DNA of 64,000 nucleotides from NCBI GenBank assembly GCA_963810095.1, contig CAWEMM010000007.1, positions 416,001 through 480,000 on the forward strand, given 5' to 3'. Shown in pieces: positions 30,817-40,087 of the stretch. Positions within the stretch are counted from its first letter, which is position 1, and every line of letters begins with the position of its first letter. Made by a program: the position numbers and the translations under genes. Source of the DNA: an uncultured Chloroflexia bacterium. Its GTDB lineage: Bacteria > Chloroflexota > Anaerolineae > CG2-30-64-16. Below the pieces are notes generated by a model, which was not told where the DNA came from, did no database searches, and worked only from the letters and a program-made list of their open reading frames with translations.

Positions 30817-32129
30817 TCACATTGCCGCGAGGATCTCTTCCGCACTGGGGCGCTGGGGGGCGGCGGGGTCGGCGAGGCGGCCGGCGGCCTCGTAGAAGGC
30901 GTTGCGCGACGCCCGGTCGGGGAACTGGGCCCGGGCCCACTCGCTCTGGTAGCCCGTGCCCGCAGCCCGCTGCCAGAACCGTGTGGCCGTAGATAAAGTA
31001 CGCGCCAGCGAAGAACGCGGCGTTGACCGGCGCCAGGAAGGGCGAAGAGAAGTCGTCGACAAGGCGGTTGCCGGGGCTGTTCATCTCGGTGCCGACGTTC
31101 AGCGGCAGGCTGCGCTCGCCCGCGATGCGTACGACCTCGTACAGCTTCTGCACCTTCCGGTAGCGCAGGTCCGGGTCCGAGAGGTTCCAGTTGCGGTCGG
31201 GGATGATGTTGAGGGTGACCGCGCCTTTCGCCATCAGCAGATCGAGCAACTCTTCGATCGCCTCTTCGCCCGCGCTCAGCCCGTCGAGCCACGCCGCACA
31301 GGGCAGCGCGCCGCACGCGGTAATCAGCGCGGTTCACCTCGTCCAGGGTGGGGAAGGAGTCGGGACTCGGTTTTACATAACCGACACCCCCCTGTTTCAT
31401 CAGCTTCCCCCGCACGAGGTTGGAGAACTTCGCATCGTCTTGAAGGGCCGCGGCAACCTGTTCGGGCGCCAGGCTCAGCTTGCCCGCCCAGAACGCCGCC
31501 CGGTCGTCCGCTGCCGGGAACCGGCGCTCGGCCGCGGCCAGGTAGGCCGCCAGCATGTGGCGCTCGGTGGCGTTGCCCGACGGGGTGAGGGGCAGAACGT
31601 CGGCCTCGTAGTCGATCTCGAGCGGGGCCAGGTGCGCGTTGATGCGCTCCAGCATGGCACGGTTGCGCCGCGCGGCCCGTTCGCGCATGGACGCGAGGAT
31701 GGGGGCAACCTCGGGGGGCACGTTCCCCGATGTGAACCCGATGCCCATGTGGTAGTACACGCCCGGCTCGCCCGGAGAGTTGATTTCTCGCGTCGCGAAC
31801 TCGGGGACGAACACCCGTGTTTCGATCCCCGCGCTGCCGCGCACCCCGAGCAGCTCACACGCGTCGAGAAACTCGTCGACCCCGTCAAGCACGTCGAAGT
31901 CGACAATGCCGATGGCCGCGTAGCCGTTCTTCTTCGCCAGCCAGGCCAACCCCGAAGGGGAGTAGCCGTAGGCGTTGTATGAGAAGAACGTGTGACAGTG
32001 CATGTTGACCGCCCCCCGCAGCGGGGCCACTTCAACTTGGCCGCGCGCCACCAGGCTCGCCAGCTCATGCAGCGCCGCGTCCCGCACACCCGCGTCGAAG
32101 TCGTTCAACCGAGCTTCCAACTCGTGCAC
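30817..32129 (-). CDS. PHP-domain metal-dependent phosphoesterase-like protein; frameshifts near 31330 and 30960
   Basis: 'NMHCHTFFS', 'GIVDFD..DG', 'GIETR', 'TERH', 'NIIPDRNWN', 'VGTEMN'. Start approximate. Confidence 0.75.
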
Positions 32130-32160
32130 ATTCGTGTCGATATTGCACCTCGCTTGGGAG

Positions 32161-32254
32161 AATGGCACGCTGATTCAACTGATCGAACGGATCTTCATGA
32201 TTCACAAAGGAGATCACGTCAATCAGTTAAATCAGTCCGAATCCGCGTCCTATT
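32161..32254. repeat. Junction palindrome, family C
   Basis: aatggcacgctgattcaactgatcgaacggat...gagatcacgtcaatcagttaaatcagtccgaatccgcgtcctatt. Confidence 0.9.
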
Positions 32255-32259
32255 TCAGT

Positions 32260-33759
32260 TCAGCATCCTGCGCAGTATCGTCCGTAGGCTTCTTCCCACC
32301 GGGCGACGTCCTGCGGTTCGAACGTCTCGACCGGGAAGGAGCGGCGGACGACCTCGCGCCCCTCGCCCAGCGACCCGACCGCGCCCGTCGCCAGCATCTG
32401 CATCAGGATATTGCCCGCGGCCGTCGCCTCGATCGGCCCGGTGATCACAGGGCGCCCAATGGCGTTGGCGGCAAACTGGCTGAGCAGGCGGTTCTGCGTG
32501 CCGCCGCCCACGATGTTCAGCGCGTCCGTCCGCTTTCCGGTCAGTTGCTCGGTCATGTCGAGCACCGCCCGGTATTTCAAGGCGAGGCCCTCGAACACGG
32601 TGCGGGCGAGGGCGCCCTTGTCTTGCGGGGACGCCTGTCCCGTGCGCCGGCACTGCGCGCAGATGCGGGCCGGCATGTCGCCGGGCCGGGTGAACGTTTC
32701 ATGGTCGACGTCGATGAACGCGCTGAAGGCGGGCGCGGCCTGGGCCAGCGCCACGATCTCGTCCCACGCCAGCCGTTCACCTTCCAGCGCCCACTGCCGG
32801 CGGCACTCCTGGATGATCCAGAGGCCGGTGATGTTCTTCATCAGGCGGATCGTGTCGCAGACGCCGCCTTCGTTCGTGAAGTTGAAGGCCAGCGCGGCGT
32901 CGTTGACCACGGGCGCCGGGCTTTCGACGCCGAGGATCGACCAGGTGCCCGAGCTGACAAACGCCCGGTCGGGCCCCTCGATGGGGACTGCGGCGACCGC
33001 GGAGGCCGTGTCGTGACAGCCAACTGCGACCAACTGGAGGTCGCGCGCGCCCGTCTCTTCGGCCACCCAGGGCAGCAGCGGCCCCAGGACGGTGCCGGGC
33101 CGGACGATGTCGCCGAAGATGTGCGTGGGGATGTCGAGGCGTTCGAGCAGGTCGTAGGCCCAGGTGCGGCTGAAGGGTTCCAGGCACTGGCTCGTGCTGG
33201 CGATGCTGTACTCGTTGACCGCCCGGCCCGAGAGCCAGTAGTTGAGCAGGTCAGGCGTGAACAGCAGGGTGCGGGCCTTTTCGAGTGCGGCGCTGCCGCG
33301 GGCCGCAAAGAGCTGGTAGAGCGTGTTGAGGTCCATGAACTGGATGCCGGTGCCGCGGAAAACTTCTTCGCGGGGCACGATCTCGAAGACCCTTTCCACC
33401 ATGCCCACTGTGCGCTCGTCGCGGTAGTGGAACGGATTCCCCAGCAGCTCGCCCGCGCCATCCAGCAGCCCGTAATCCACGCCCCACGTGTCGATGCCCA
33501 CGCTGACCAGCGCACCGCCCGACTGCGAGCCGCTCCCGCAGCACTCGGCGGCCTTCGCGATCCCTGCCTTCACCTGGGCGAACTGGTCGAGGCTGTCCCA
33601 ATGGATGCTCGAGCCCGTGGCGCTTGGCAGGCGCACCGGGCCGTTCGCGAACCGGTGCACTTCCTCGAGCGCAAGCCGCTCGCCATCGAACCGCCCGATG
33701 ACCGCCCGGCCGCTCGACGCGCCGAGGTCCAGGGCCAGGAAGTTACGCGTGGCCGCCAT
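32260..33759 (-). CDS. Rhamnulokinase/fuculokinase family (FGGY) kinase
   Basis: 'LALDLGASSGR', 'GIDTWGVDYGL', 'HYRD.RT', 'TGIQFM..NTLYQL', 'HDTASAV', 'SSGTWS', 'NFTNEGG', 'GPIEATA.GN' (RhaB-like); AGGAGG RBS. Confidence 0.92.
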   Translation of the reverse strand: MAATRNFLALDLGASSGRAVIGRFDGERLALEEVHRFANGPVRLPSATGSSIHWDSLDQFAQVKAGIAKAAECCGSGSQSGGALVSVGIDTWGVDYGLLDGAGELLGNPFHYRDERTVGMVERVFEIVPREEVFRGTGIQFMDLNTLYQLFAARGSAALEKARTLLFTPDLLNYWLSGRAVNEYSIASTSQCLEPFSRTWAYDLLERLDIPTHIFGDIVRPGTVLGPLLPWVAEETGARDLQLVAVGCHDTASAVAAVPIEGPDRAFVSSGTWSILGVESPAPVVNDAALAFNFTNEGGVCDTIRLMKNITGLWIIQECRRQWALEGERLAWDEIVALAQAAPAFSAFIDVDHETFTRPGDMPARICAQCRRTGQASPQDKGALARTVFEGLALKYRAVLDMTEQLTGKRTDALNIVGGGTQNRLLSQFAANAIGRPVITGPIEATAAGNILMQMLATGAVGSLGEGREVVRRSFPVETFEPQDVARWEEAYGRYCAGC

Positions 33760-33774
33760 AAGCACCTCCTGAGC

Positions 33775-33834
33775 AACACAAAGACACAAAGACACGACGA
33801 ATGAAGGGTTTCGGTGTCTTGGTGTCTTTGTGTT
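33775..33834. repeat. Junction palindrome, family B
   Basis: aacacaaagacacaaagacac...gtgtcttggtgtctttgtgtt; near-perfect 21-nt arms. Confidence 0.9.
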
Positions 33835-33843
33835 AAGAGCGAG

Positions 33844-35565
33844 CTAAAGCTTCTTGCCCAGCATGAGCTTGGCGTTGTTCTCGCCGCCGTTCGCCGCATA
33901 CAGCAGGGGCAGGGGGCGGTCGACGCCCTCGACGTAGGCTGGCCGCGCCGCCCAGTTAGCCTGCGAGAGCACGCAGTTCAGGTCCATCCAGTACTCGAGC
34001 CGCGCCGGCGTCAGGCCCTGGATCATGTGGAAGTGGTTCGCCGGGGGCAGGTGCTTGTATTCGCTCATGGTCGCGTACTTCGGCACGACCCAGGTGTGGG
34101 GCCAGGTCGCATTGGTCAGGCCGGCCAGCGCGGCGGCCAGCGGCCCGGGCACGTCGGCGGTCTCGGCCTCGTCCCAGCTCAGGCTGAAGAGGCCGCTCAG
34201 GCTGCTGTAGGTCAGCCGGCCCGCAATCCCGCTCAGGCCGCCCGGCGAGGTGAACGTGACCGAGTTGCCCATGCCGGGGAAGTAGTCGGGGTCGCCCAGC
34301 GGCATGCTGACGCCCGCCAGCATTTCCTCCACGCTCGCGCCCGGCTTCGCCGCCCAGTCGAACGAAGCGGAGCCCGAGTTGTCGCCGTCGACCAGGCCCT
34401 TCTCGGCCCAGGCCGCGCCCGCCGGCAGCGCCATGCCGATCCCTTCGGCCAGCCGCTTGAGCTCCCACGGCTCCCATACCTTGCGGAAGTCCATGAAGAG
34501 CGGCGGCTGTCCCGCGGTCAGGCTCGAGAAGACGAGCATGGTGAGCAGGCCCTGCACGTCGGCCTCGGTGGCGAAGGGGACCACCTGCTTGCGCCCGGTA
34601 TGGTCGAAGCTCGAGTTGAAGAACGATTCCATCGCATCCGCGACGGGCAAGGGCAGGCCGCGCTTGTCCGAGCCCCATTCGAGCTGGCTCATGAAGCCGC
34701 CGCCCACCGCGTTGAGGTCCTTAAGCAGGTTGCGGGTGATCAGGTACAGCGCCAGGCTCTGGTCGAAGCGGCCCGAGTCGACGTCGTCGCGCAGCTCCAG
34801 CCGCTTGCCGAGATGCCGGTCGACGAACGCCCGCAGCGCCTTGAGTTCCTCTGCGTCGTACGCCTTCTTGTTCAGCATGTCGGCCAGCAGCTTCATGTCG
34901 AGCCGGGTGATCTCGATGCCGAACTGGAGGCGGGTGGGGATGACGTGCGCCAACGCCGTCTCCATGCCCATCGAGTCATGGCCGAAGATGACAACCCGGC
35001 GGCCCTTGAGCGCCTGGGTCGTCAGCGCGGCGTGCGCCCAGTCGACGAGCGCTTGCGCCGTCCCCTCGGTCATTTCCGGGTTCATCCCCGTGTCGGGCCA
35101 CGTGCCGACGTTCAGGTGCGACATCCTGCCGTACTGGGCCAGGGCCCCGTTGACCGCATGGGCAAACACCACGCCCGGCTTGGGGCCCGAGTTGCCGCAC
35201 GTGAAGTTAATCGGGGTGTCCTTGGGGAACTGAGACAAGAGCGAGATCACGCTGAGCTGGGGGAAGGCCCAGGTGTCTGGCGCAGCGACAATCACCTTGA
35301 CGTTCGCATCCTGGAACTGCTTGGCGACGATATCGGCCTCGCGCTCGCCGTCGACCAGGATGGGCGACCACACGACCTTGGCCGGCGAGCCGTCGGGCAG
35401 CTTCACCCGCTCGGCCAGCGTGTTCGCCACCATCTCACAAATGTTGCGGCACCGCTGCCGGCTGTCCTGATCGATACGGGGGTCGCCAGGCAAAAACACG
35501 CCAATGGCCGGCGCGTTCCGCTCGAACGTGCCCACCCCATCCGACAAAGCGATCGCTTGACCCAT
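33844..35565 (-). CDS. L-fucose/D-arabinose isomerase family (FucI-like, divergent)
   Basis: 'SMGMET', 'ATEADVQGLLTML', 'FMDFRKVW', 'DNSGS', 'YFPG.G.S', 'TWPHTW', 'ANHFH'; 573 aa. Confidence 0.82.
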   Translation of the reverse strand: MGQAIALSDGVGTFERNAPAIGVFLPGDPRIDQDSRQRCRNICEMVANTLAERVKLPDGSPAKVVWSPILVDGEREADIVAKQFQDANVKVIVAAPDTWAFPQLSVISLLSQFPKDTPINFTCGNSGPKPGVVFAHAVNGALAQYGRMSHLNVGTWPDTGMNPEMTEGTAQALVDWAHAALTTQALKGRRVVIFGHDSMGMETALAHVIPTRLQFGIEITRLDMKLLADMLNKKAYDAEELKALRAFVDRHLGKRLELRDDVDSGRFDQSLALYLITRNLLKDLNAVGGGFMSQLEWGSDKRGLPLPVADAMESFFNSSFDHTGRKQVVPFATEADVQGLLTMLVFSSLTAGQPPLFMDFRKVWEPWELKRLAEGIGMALPAGAAWAEKGLVDGDNSGSASFDWAAKPGASVEEMLAGVSMPLGDPDYFPGMGNSVTFTSPGGLSGIAGRLTYSSLSGLFSLSWDEAETADVPGPLAAALAGLTNATWPHTWVVPKYATMSEYKHLPPANHFHMIQGLTPARLEYWMDLNCVLSQANWAARPAYVEGVDRPLPLLYAANGGENNAKLMLGKKL

Positions 35566-35592
35566 GACACATCCTCCTGATGCTTAAGGCGG

Positions 35593-35684
35593 AATGGCAC
35601 ACAGATTGAACTGATCGAACCGATCCCCTTGTCTTCGATAAGGATCATGTGAACCGGTTCAATCAGTCCGATCTGCGTCCTATT
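35593..35684. repeat. Junction palindrome, family C
   Basis: aatggcacacagattgaactgatcgaaccgat...aggatcatgtgaaccggttcaatcagtccgatctgcgtcctatt. Confidence 0.9.
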
Positions 35685-36606
35685 AACCTTTCGTTGCTCC
35701 GGAAGCCAGGCCGGCCACCAGTTGGCGCTGGACGAGCGCGACGAAGATGACCGACGGAATGAGCATCATAATCGACATGGCGGTCATCCCGCGCCAGTCC
35801 GACACGAACGAGCCCGTGAACTCGTAGAGCGCCGGCGGGAAAGTACGCGAGGCCGGCGTACGCGTGATCTGCGTGGCGATGGCGAACTCGTTCCAGCAGG
35901 TCAGGAACGCAAAGATGCCGCTCGCAGCCACCCCCGGCATGGCCAGGGGCAAATCCACCCGGATCAGCGCGCCCCACCGCGAGCAACCGTCGATCACCGC
36001 CGCTTCCGCCAGTTCCTCGGGGATGGCGCGGAAGAAGCCGTCCATGAGCCATGCCGTGAAGGGGATGTTGAGCGCCGTGTACGCGATGATCATGCCCGGG
36101 ATCTTGTTGATCAGGCCCACCCGGGCGAAGAGGATGAACAGGGGCAAGCTCAGCGCGACCCCCGGCACGGCGCGCGCGAGCATCATGCTTAGAAAGATGC
36201 CATTCTTCGCCCTGAACGACCACCGGGAGAACACGTATCCTGCCATGGTGCCAAGCACGAGCGAGAAGAATGTGCTGGAGAGGGCGATGACCGTGGAGTT
36301 GCGAGCGTATTCGGCAACGGGGATTTCTGAGCCCATTCCGAACGCGCCCTCGGGCGTCGGCATGCCCAACAGGATTTTGTACGAATCCAGATCAAGCGCA
36401 CGCGGGATCCAGACGGGCGGTCGCGCGTTGATCTCCACGTTCGGCCGGATCGACGTCATCAGGAGCCACAAGACCGGGACGAAGAACAGGAAGATGATGA
36501 AATAAAGCAGGAGGTCGCGCGCTGTGTCGCTCCAGTAGCGCCGGCGACCCGATTTGTCGAACTTGCCTGAAGTCTTAGCAGGGCGGCTGGTCGTGACGGC
36601 GCTCAT
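35683..36606 (-). CDS. Carbohydrate ABC transporter permease (MalG-like)
   Basis: EAA motif 'FFRAIPEELAEAAVIDGCS', 'WNEF'. Confidence 0.95.
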   Translation of the reverse strand: MSAVTTSRPAKTSGKFDKSGRRRYWSDTARDLLLYFIIFLFFVPVLWLLMTSIRPNVEINARPPVWIPRALDLDSYKILLGMPTPEGAFGMGSEIPVAEYARNSTVIALSSTFFSLVLGTMAGYVFSRWSFRAKNGIFLSMMLARAVPGVALSLPLFILFARVGLINKIPGMIIAYTALNIPFTAWLMDGFFRAIPEELAEAAVIDGCSRWGALIRVDLPLAMPGVAASGIFAFLTCWNEFAIATQITRTPASRTFPPALYEFTGSFVSDWRGMTAMSIMMLIPSVIFVALVQRQLVAGLASGATKG

Positions 36607-37541
36607 GCTTTACCCTCCCACCGGCTCTTCATGACGTTCCGGAACAGGTACCATGTAAAGATGAAACTGATCGCTACGGTGACGTAGGACATGGCACTGC
36701 CCAAGGCGTAGTTCTGGCGCTGAAAGGCCAGACTGTTGACGTAAGTCCAAATGAGTTCGGTGCGGTTGCCGGGGCCGCCGTTCGTCATGATCCGCACCAC
36801 ATCATAGGCGCGGGCGAGGTCGAGCGAGCGGATGGCCATGGCCGTGTAAACGAACGGCATAATCATCGGCAGGGTGAGCATGCGAAATTTCTGCCAGCCC
36901 GACGCCCCATCTACTTCGGCGGCCTCAAAAGGCTCCGTGGGCAGTGAAAGAATACCGGCTTCCAGGATGATGACCATAAAGGGCGTGCTCATCCAGATCT
37001 CCGCGACGAGCAGCGAGATGAAGCCCAGCGGCACCTTGACCAGCCAGGGGATAATGACGAGTTGGCCGGTGATTGTCGACAGGAAGCTGTTCACCAGCCC
37101 GACTTCGGCGTTGAACACCCACTTGAACATGAACCCCACGAGGATGGGTGCGAACATCATGGGCATCATGAGGACTGTGCGGAGCCCGCCGCGCCCGCGA
37201 ACGGCCTTAGCCATCAACTGGGCGATTCCCATCCCGATCAGGAACTCGATGTTGACCGCCAGGGTCATGAAGAGCACCGTGCGCCCGAAAGCCTGCCAGA
37301 AAATGGGATCCTGGAGAAGGGTGATGTACTGCTCGAGTCCGACAAAGTGAAAGTTCTGCGCCGTCATGAGCGTGTAGTTCGTAAAGCTCAGGTAGAGCGA
37401 GTAGAGCATGGGGAAGCCGACCACGGCAAGCAGAACCAGGACGCCGGGCAGCAGCAGTGCGACAGGAAGCAGGCGGGTCTCGTTGGCTCGCTTGCTCCGG
37501 CCCTTGTTGACCCTACCCGATGCGAGTGCAGGTGCAGTCAT
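36603..37541 (-). CDS. Carbohydrate ABC transporter permease (MalF-like)
   Basis: 'IW..TPF', EAA motif 'EPFEAAEVDGASGWQKF..LTLP', 'MTNGGPG..TE'. Confidence 0.95.
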   Translation of the reverse strand: MTAPALASGRVNKGRSKRANETRLLPVALLLPGVLVLLAVVGFPMLYSLYLSFTNYTLMTAQNFHFVGLEQYITLLQDPIFWQAFGRTVLFMTLAVNIEFLIGMGIAQLMAKAVRGRGGLRTVLMMPMMFAPILVGFMFKWVFNAEVGLVNSFLSTITGQLVIIPWLVKVPLGFISLLVAEIWMSTPFMVIILEAGILSLPTEPFEAAEVDGASGWQKFRMLTLPMIMPFVYTAMAIRSLDLARAYDVVRIMTNGGPGNRTELIWTYVNSLAFQRQNYALGSAMSYVTVAISFIFTWYLFRNVMKSRWEGKA

Positions 37542-37575
37542 AGACCCTCCAGGCGCCATCCCCTCATCACCGGAC

Positions 37576-37624
37576 AGACCTGACAGGTCTCCGCCGCCAC
37601 AAAGTGGCGCAACCTGTCAGGTCT
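37576..37624. repeat. Short REP-like palindrome (ACCTGWCAGGT type) between the SBP and permease genes
   Basis: agacctgacaggtct-ccgccgccacaaagtggcgc-aacctgtcaggtct, with an inner gccac/gtggc stem. Confidence 0.75.
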
Positions 37625-37654
37625 TTCGCTATGAGCGGATGGACGAGATACCGG

Positions 37655-39037
37655 TTAGGACTTGTAGTAACCGGCGTCGGCCATCATCTTCTTGGTCTCC
37701 GCCGCGGCGGCATCGAGGCCGGCTTGCGGCGCGACGTCGCCGAGGATGATCTTCTGCATCGTGGGGTAGAACAGGTTGGAGAACGGCAGCCATTCCGCGA
37801 TGAGCGGAGGCGTCCGCAGGTCTTCCTGCGCGGCCTGGAGCACGAGATCCAACCGCTTCTTGTCAAGCGGCACGCTGGACTTGCTCGCTTCCTCGAGGAC
37901 CTTGTTGAACACGCTCTGCCGAGCGACCAGCAGGCCGGTCGCGGCCTCGACTGTCAGGCCTTCGGGGCTCGTCAGCTGCTTGATCAGGGATGCGGCCAGC
38001 TCCTTTTGCTTGCTCGCCTGCGTGATCGAGAAGCCGTGCGCGCCGGCCCAGCCGCCGCGAACCTTGCCGTCGCCCATCGGCTGGCGCTCGTAGTCAAACT
38101 TGCCGGCGACCTTGCTGCTCTTCGGGTCCTGGAAGAACCCGTACCAGCCCGGCCACTCGGTGTAAAGAGCGATGGTGCCGTTGGCGAAGTTCTTGGCCAC
38201 ATCGTCCCAGACGTAGTTCGTCATTTCGGCCGGCATCGCCTTGGCCTTGTAGAGGTCCGCGAACATCGTCGCGGCTTTGACGCCTGCCTTGTCGTTGAAG
38301 ACTGGCTCCCACTTATCGTTGAAGAGGTTGCCGCCTTCGGCCGTGAGGACTTCGTAGAAGCGGCCGGTGAGGGCTTCTTCCTTGCCGGCGAACTGCGTGC
38401 CGTAGATGCCCTTCGCCGGGTCGGTATACTTGATCGCGGTCTCCTTGAACTCGTCGAACGTCGCGGGCGCCTTCAACCCCTCGAGGCCGGTCTGGAACTG
38501 CATCAGCGAGATGTCGTAGTGCCGCGGGATCAGCCACAGCTTGCCGTCCTTGCGGGCGGCGTCGACCAGCCGTGGGATGAAGTCCTTGAGTTCTTCTGCC
38601 GTGAAGTAGCCGTCGAGCGGCTCGAGCCCATTGACCTTCACGTACTCAGAGAAGAAGCTTGTGTGGTCCCAGGCCACGTCGTAATCGACGGTATTCGCGG
38701 CCAGGTCCTGCACGAGCCGCTTGTCCGTCTCGAAGCCGTTGCCCTTGAAGACGATGTTGACCTTGTTGCCGGTCGCTGCTTCCCAGACCGGAATCATCGC
38801 TTCGTACAGCTTTTCGTAGTTGCCGCCGCTGATGGCCAGCATGTTGACGGTCGACCCGCCGGTCTTTGCGGCGGGCGCGGCGGCCGGGGCTTCGGTCGGT
38901 GCGGCCGCAGCAGCAGGGGCAGCCGTCGGGGCCGGGGCCGGGGCGGGCTGCGCACAGGCTGCGAGGGCTGCTGCGCCGCCCACGAGGCCGCCAATCCGCA
39001 GAAAACTGCGGCGGGAGATCTTCTTTTCCTCGGACAT
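37655..39037 (-). CDS. Sugar ABC transporter substrate-binding lipoprotein (Tat signal)
   Basis: 'MSEEKKISRRSFL...AALAAC' twin-arginine lipoprotein signal, Ala/Pro linker and family 1 SBP features; AGGAGGAG RBS. Confidence 0.92.
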   Translation of the reverse strand: MSEEKKISRRSFLRIGGLVGGAAALAACAQPAPAPAPTAAPAAAAAPTEAPAAAPAAKTGGSTVNMLAISGGNYEKLYEAMIPVWEAATGNKVNIVFKGNGFETDKRLVQDLAANTVDYDVAWDHTSFFSEYVKVNGLEPLDGYFTAEELKDFIPRLVDAARKDGKLWLIPRHYDISLMQFQTGLEGLKAPATFDEFKETAIKYTDPAKGIYGTQFAGKEEALTGRFYEVLTAEGGNLFNDKWEPVFNDKAGVKAATMFADLYKAKAMPAEMTNYVWDDVAKNFANGTIALYTEWPGWYGFFQDPKSSKVAGKFDYERQPMGDGKVRGGWAGAHGFSITQASKQKELAASLIKQLTSPEGLTVEAATGLLVARQSVFNKVLEEASKSSVPLDKKRLDLVLQAAQEDLRTPPLIAEWLPFSNLFYPTMQKIILGDVAPQAGLDAAAAETKKMMADAGYYKS

Positions 39038-39203
39038 GGGTGAACTCCTCCTTGGGTTAGGAACCGTGTCTCGGATTGGTCTTTCTTGAGATTGCTGGCT
39101 GGCCAGTGCGCTGCAATGCTGAGGCACTGCGATACCGGCGTCCTGGCGGAGATGACCGCAACCACCCCCTTTCGTATGCACGATGTCGGTCTTGGCACCG
39201 AAG

Positions 39204-39980
39204 CTAGAACAAGCCGGTGATCGTTACATCACTCGGCGTAGGGCGCTTGGGTCGGGTCAGCAGGGCCAGCTTCTCGACCCATGCATCGACCATGGCAGCC
39301 CACATGCGCTCGCCTGCCTCTTGCGTGGCGCGGCGAGCCTTGGATGCGTCGGTGTGCGTGTACCACGGCGCGTCGATGCCCAGCCGGTCCTGGTCGACCA
39401 ACTCGGGCCACGCGCCGAGCACGAGCGCGGTCTCGTAGAAACCGGCGTGGTCGGCCAGCGTCACGACCTTCGCCGCGGCTGGCAGCACCGAAGGCCATGT
39501 CTGGATGCGTTCGAAGACGTTGTCCGTGATCGGCAGCGGGGATCTTCCCCACCATGCGGCGCCGCGCTCGCCCAGCGATTTCTCGAAGGTGACTTCAACC
39601 GCGGCCTGGCGCAGCGCCAGCGCCTCCGGTCCCTCGAGCTGTTGGTGGTGAATGCAGATCACGATCCACTTGAAGCCCAGGTCCCAGAAGCTGCCCAGCA
39701 CGTCCTTGGCGTGGCGTCCGAAGCGCTCGGTGGAGACGTCGACCGTCCCCATGTCGGGCCCGGTGACGGCATACCCGGTCGGGCCGTACCAGAAGGGCGG
39801 GGCGACCACGGCTTTGGCGCGGGCCGCCGCTCGCCGGCAGAGCTCTTCCACGACGAGCGTGTCGACGCCGAGCGGCAGGTGCGGCCCATGATACTCGACG
39901 CAGCCCGCAGGCACAAGCAGCGGCCAGCCCTCGTCGATCGCGAGCTTGAGTTGGTGTGGAAGCAAATGCTGTAAGTGCAT
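39204..39980 (-). CDS. Creatininase/mycofactocin-peptidase family amidohydrolase
   Basis: 'G.VEYHGPHLPLGVD', 'DHAG..ET'. Confidence 0.88.
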   Translation of the reverse strand: MHLQHLLPHQLKLAIDEGWPLLVPAGCVEYHGPHLPLGVDTLVVEELCRRAAARAKAVVAPPFWYGPTGYAVTGPDMGTVDVSTERFGRHAKDVLGSFWDLGFKWIVICIHHQQLEGPEALALRQAAVEVTFEKSLGERGAAWWGRSPLPITDNVFERIQTWPSVLPAAAKVVTLADHAGFYETALVLGAWPELVDQDRLGIDAPWYTHTDASKARRATQEAGERMWAAMVDAWVEKLALLTRPKRPTPSDVTITGLF

Positions 39981-39992
39981 AAAGGACTCTCT

Positions 39993-40080
39993 GCCACGAA
40001 TTACACGAATTGGGCGAATTTCCCGAAGCTAGACCAAGAAGCAATTCGCTGCAATTCGTTGAATTCGCGCAATTCGTGGC
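39993..40080. repeat. Junction palindrome, family A
   Basis: gccacgaattacacgaattgggcgaatt...aattcgctgcaattcgttgaattcgcgcaattcgtggc; the first 19 nt are identical to the 14990 copy. Confidence 0.88.
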
Positions 40081-40087
40081 GGCCTCG

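Noticed and set aside
35683-39037. ABC transporter lacking an ATPase as an anomaly
   Set aside because: CUT1 sugar transporters commonly share an MsiK/MsmX-type ATPase encoded elsewhere.
39214-39228. Third LacI operator (GTGATCGTTACAT) upstream of the SBP gene
   Set aside because: Only the ATCGTT core matches and it lies inside the creatininase coding end, so support is too weak.
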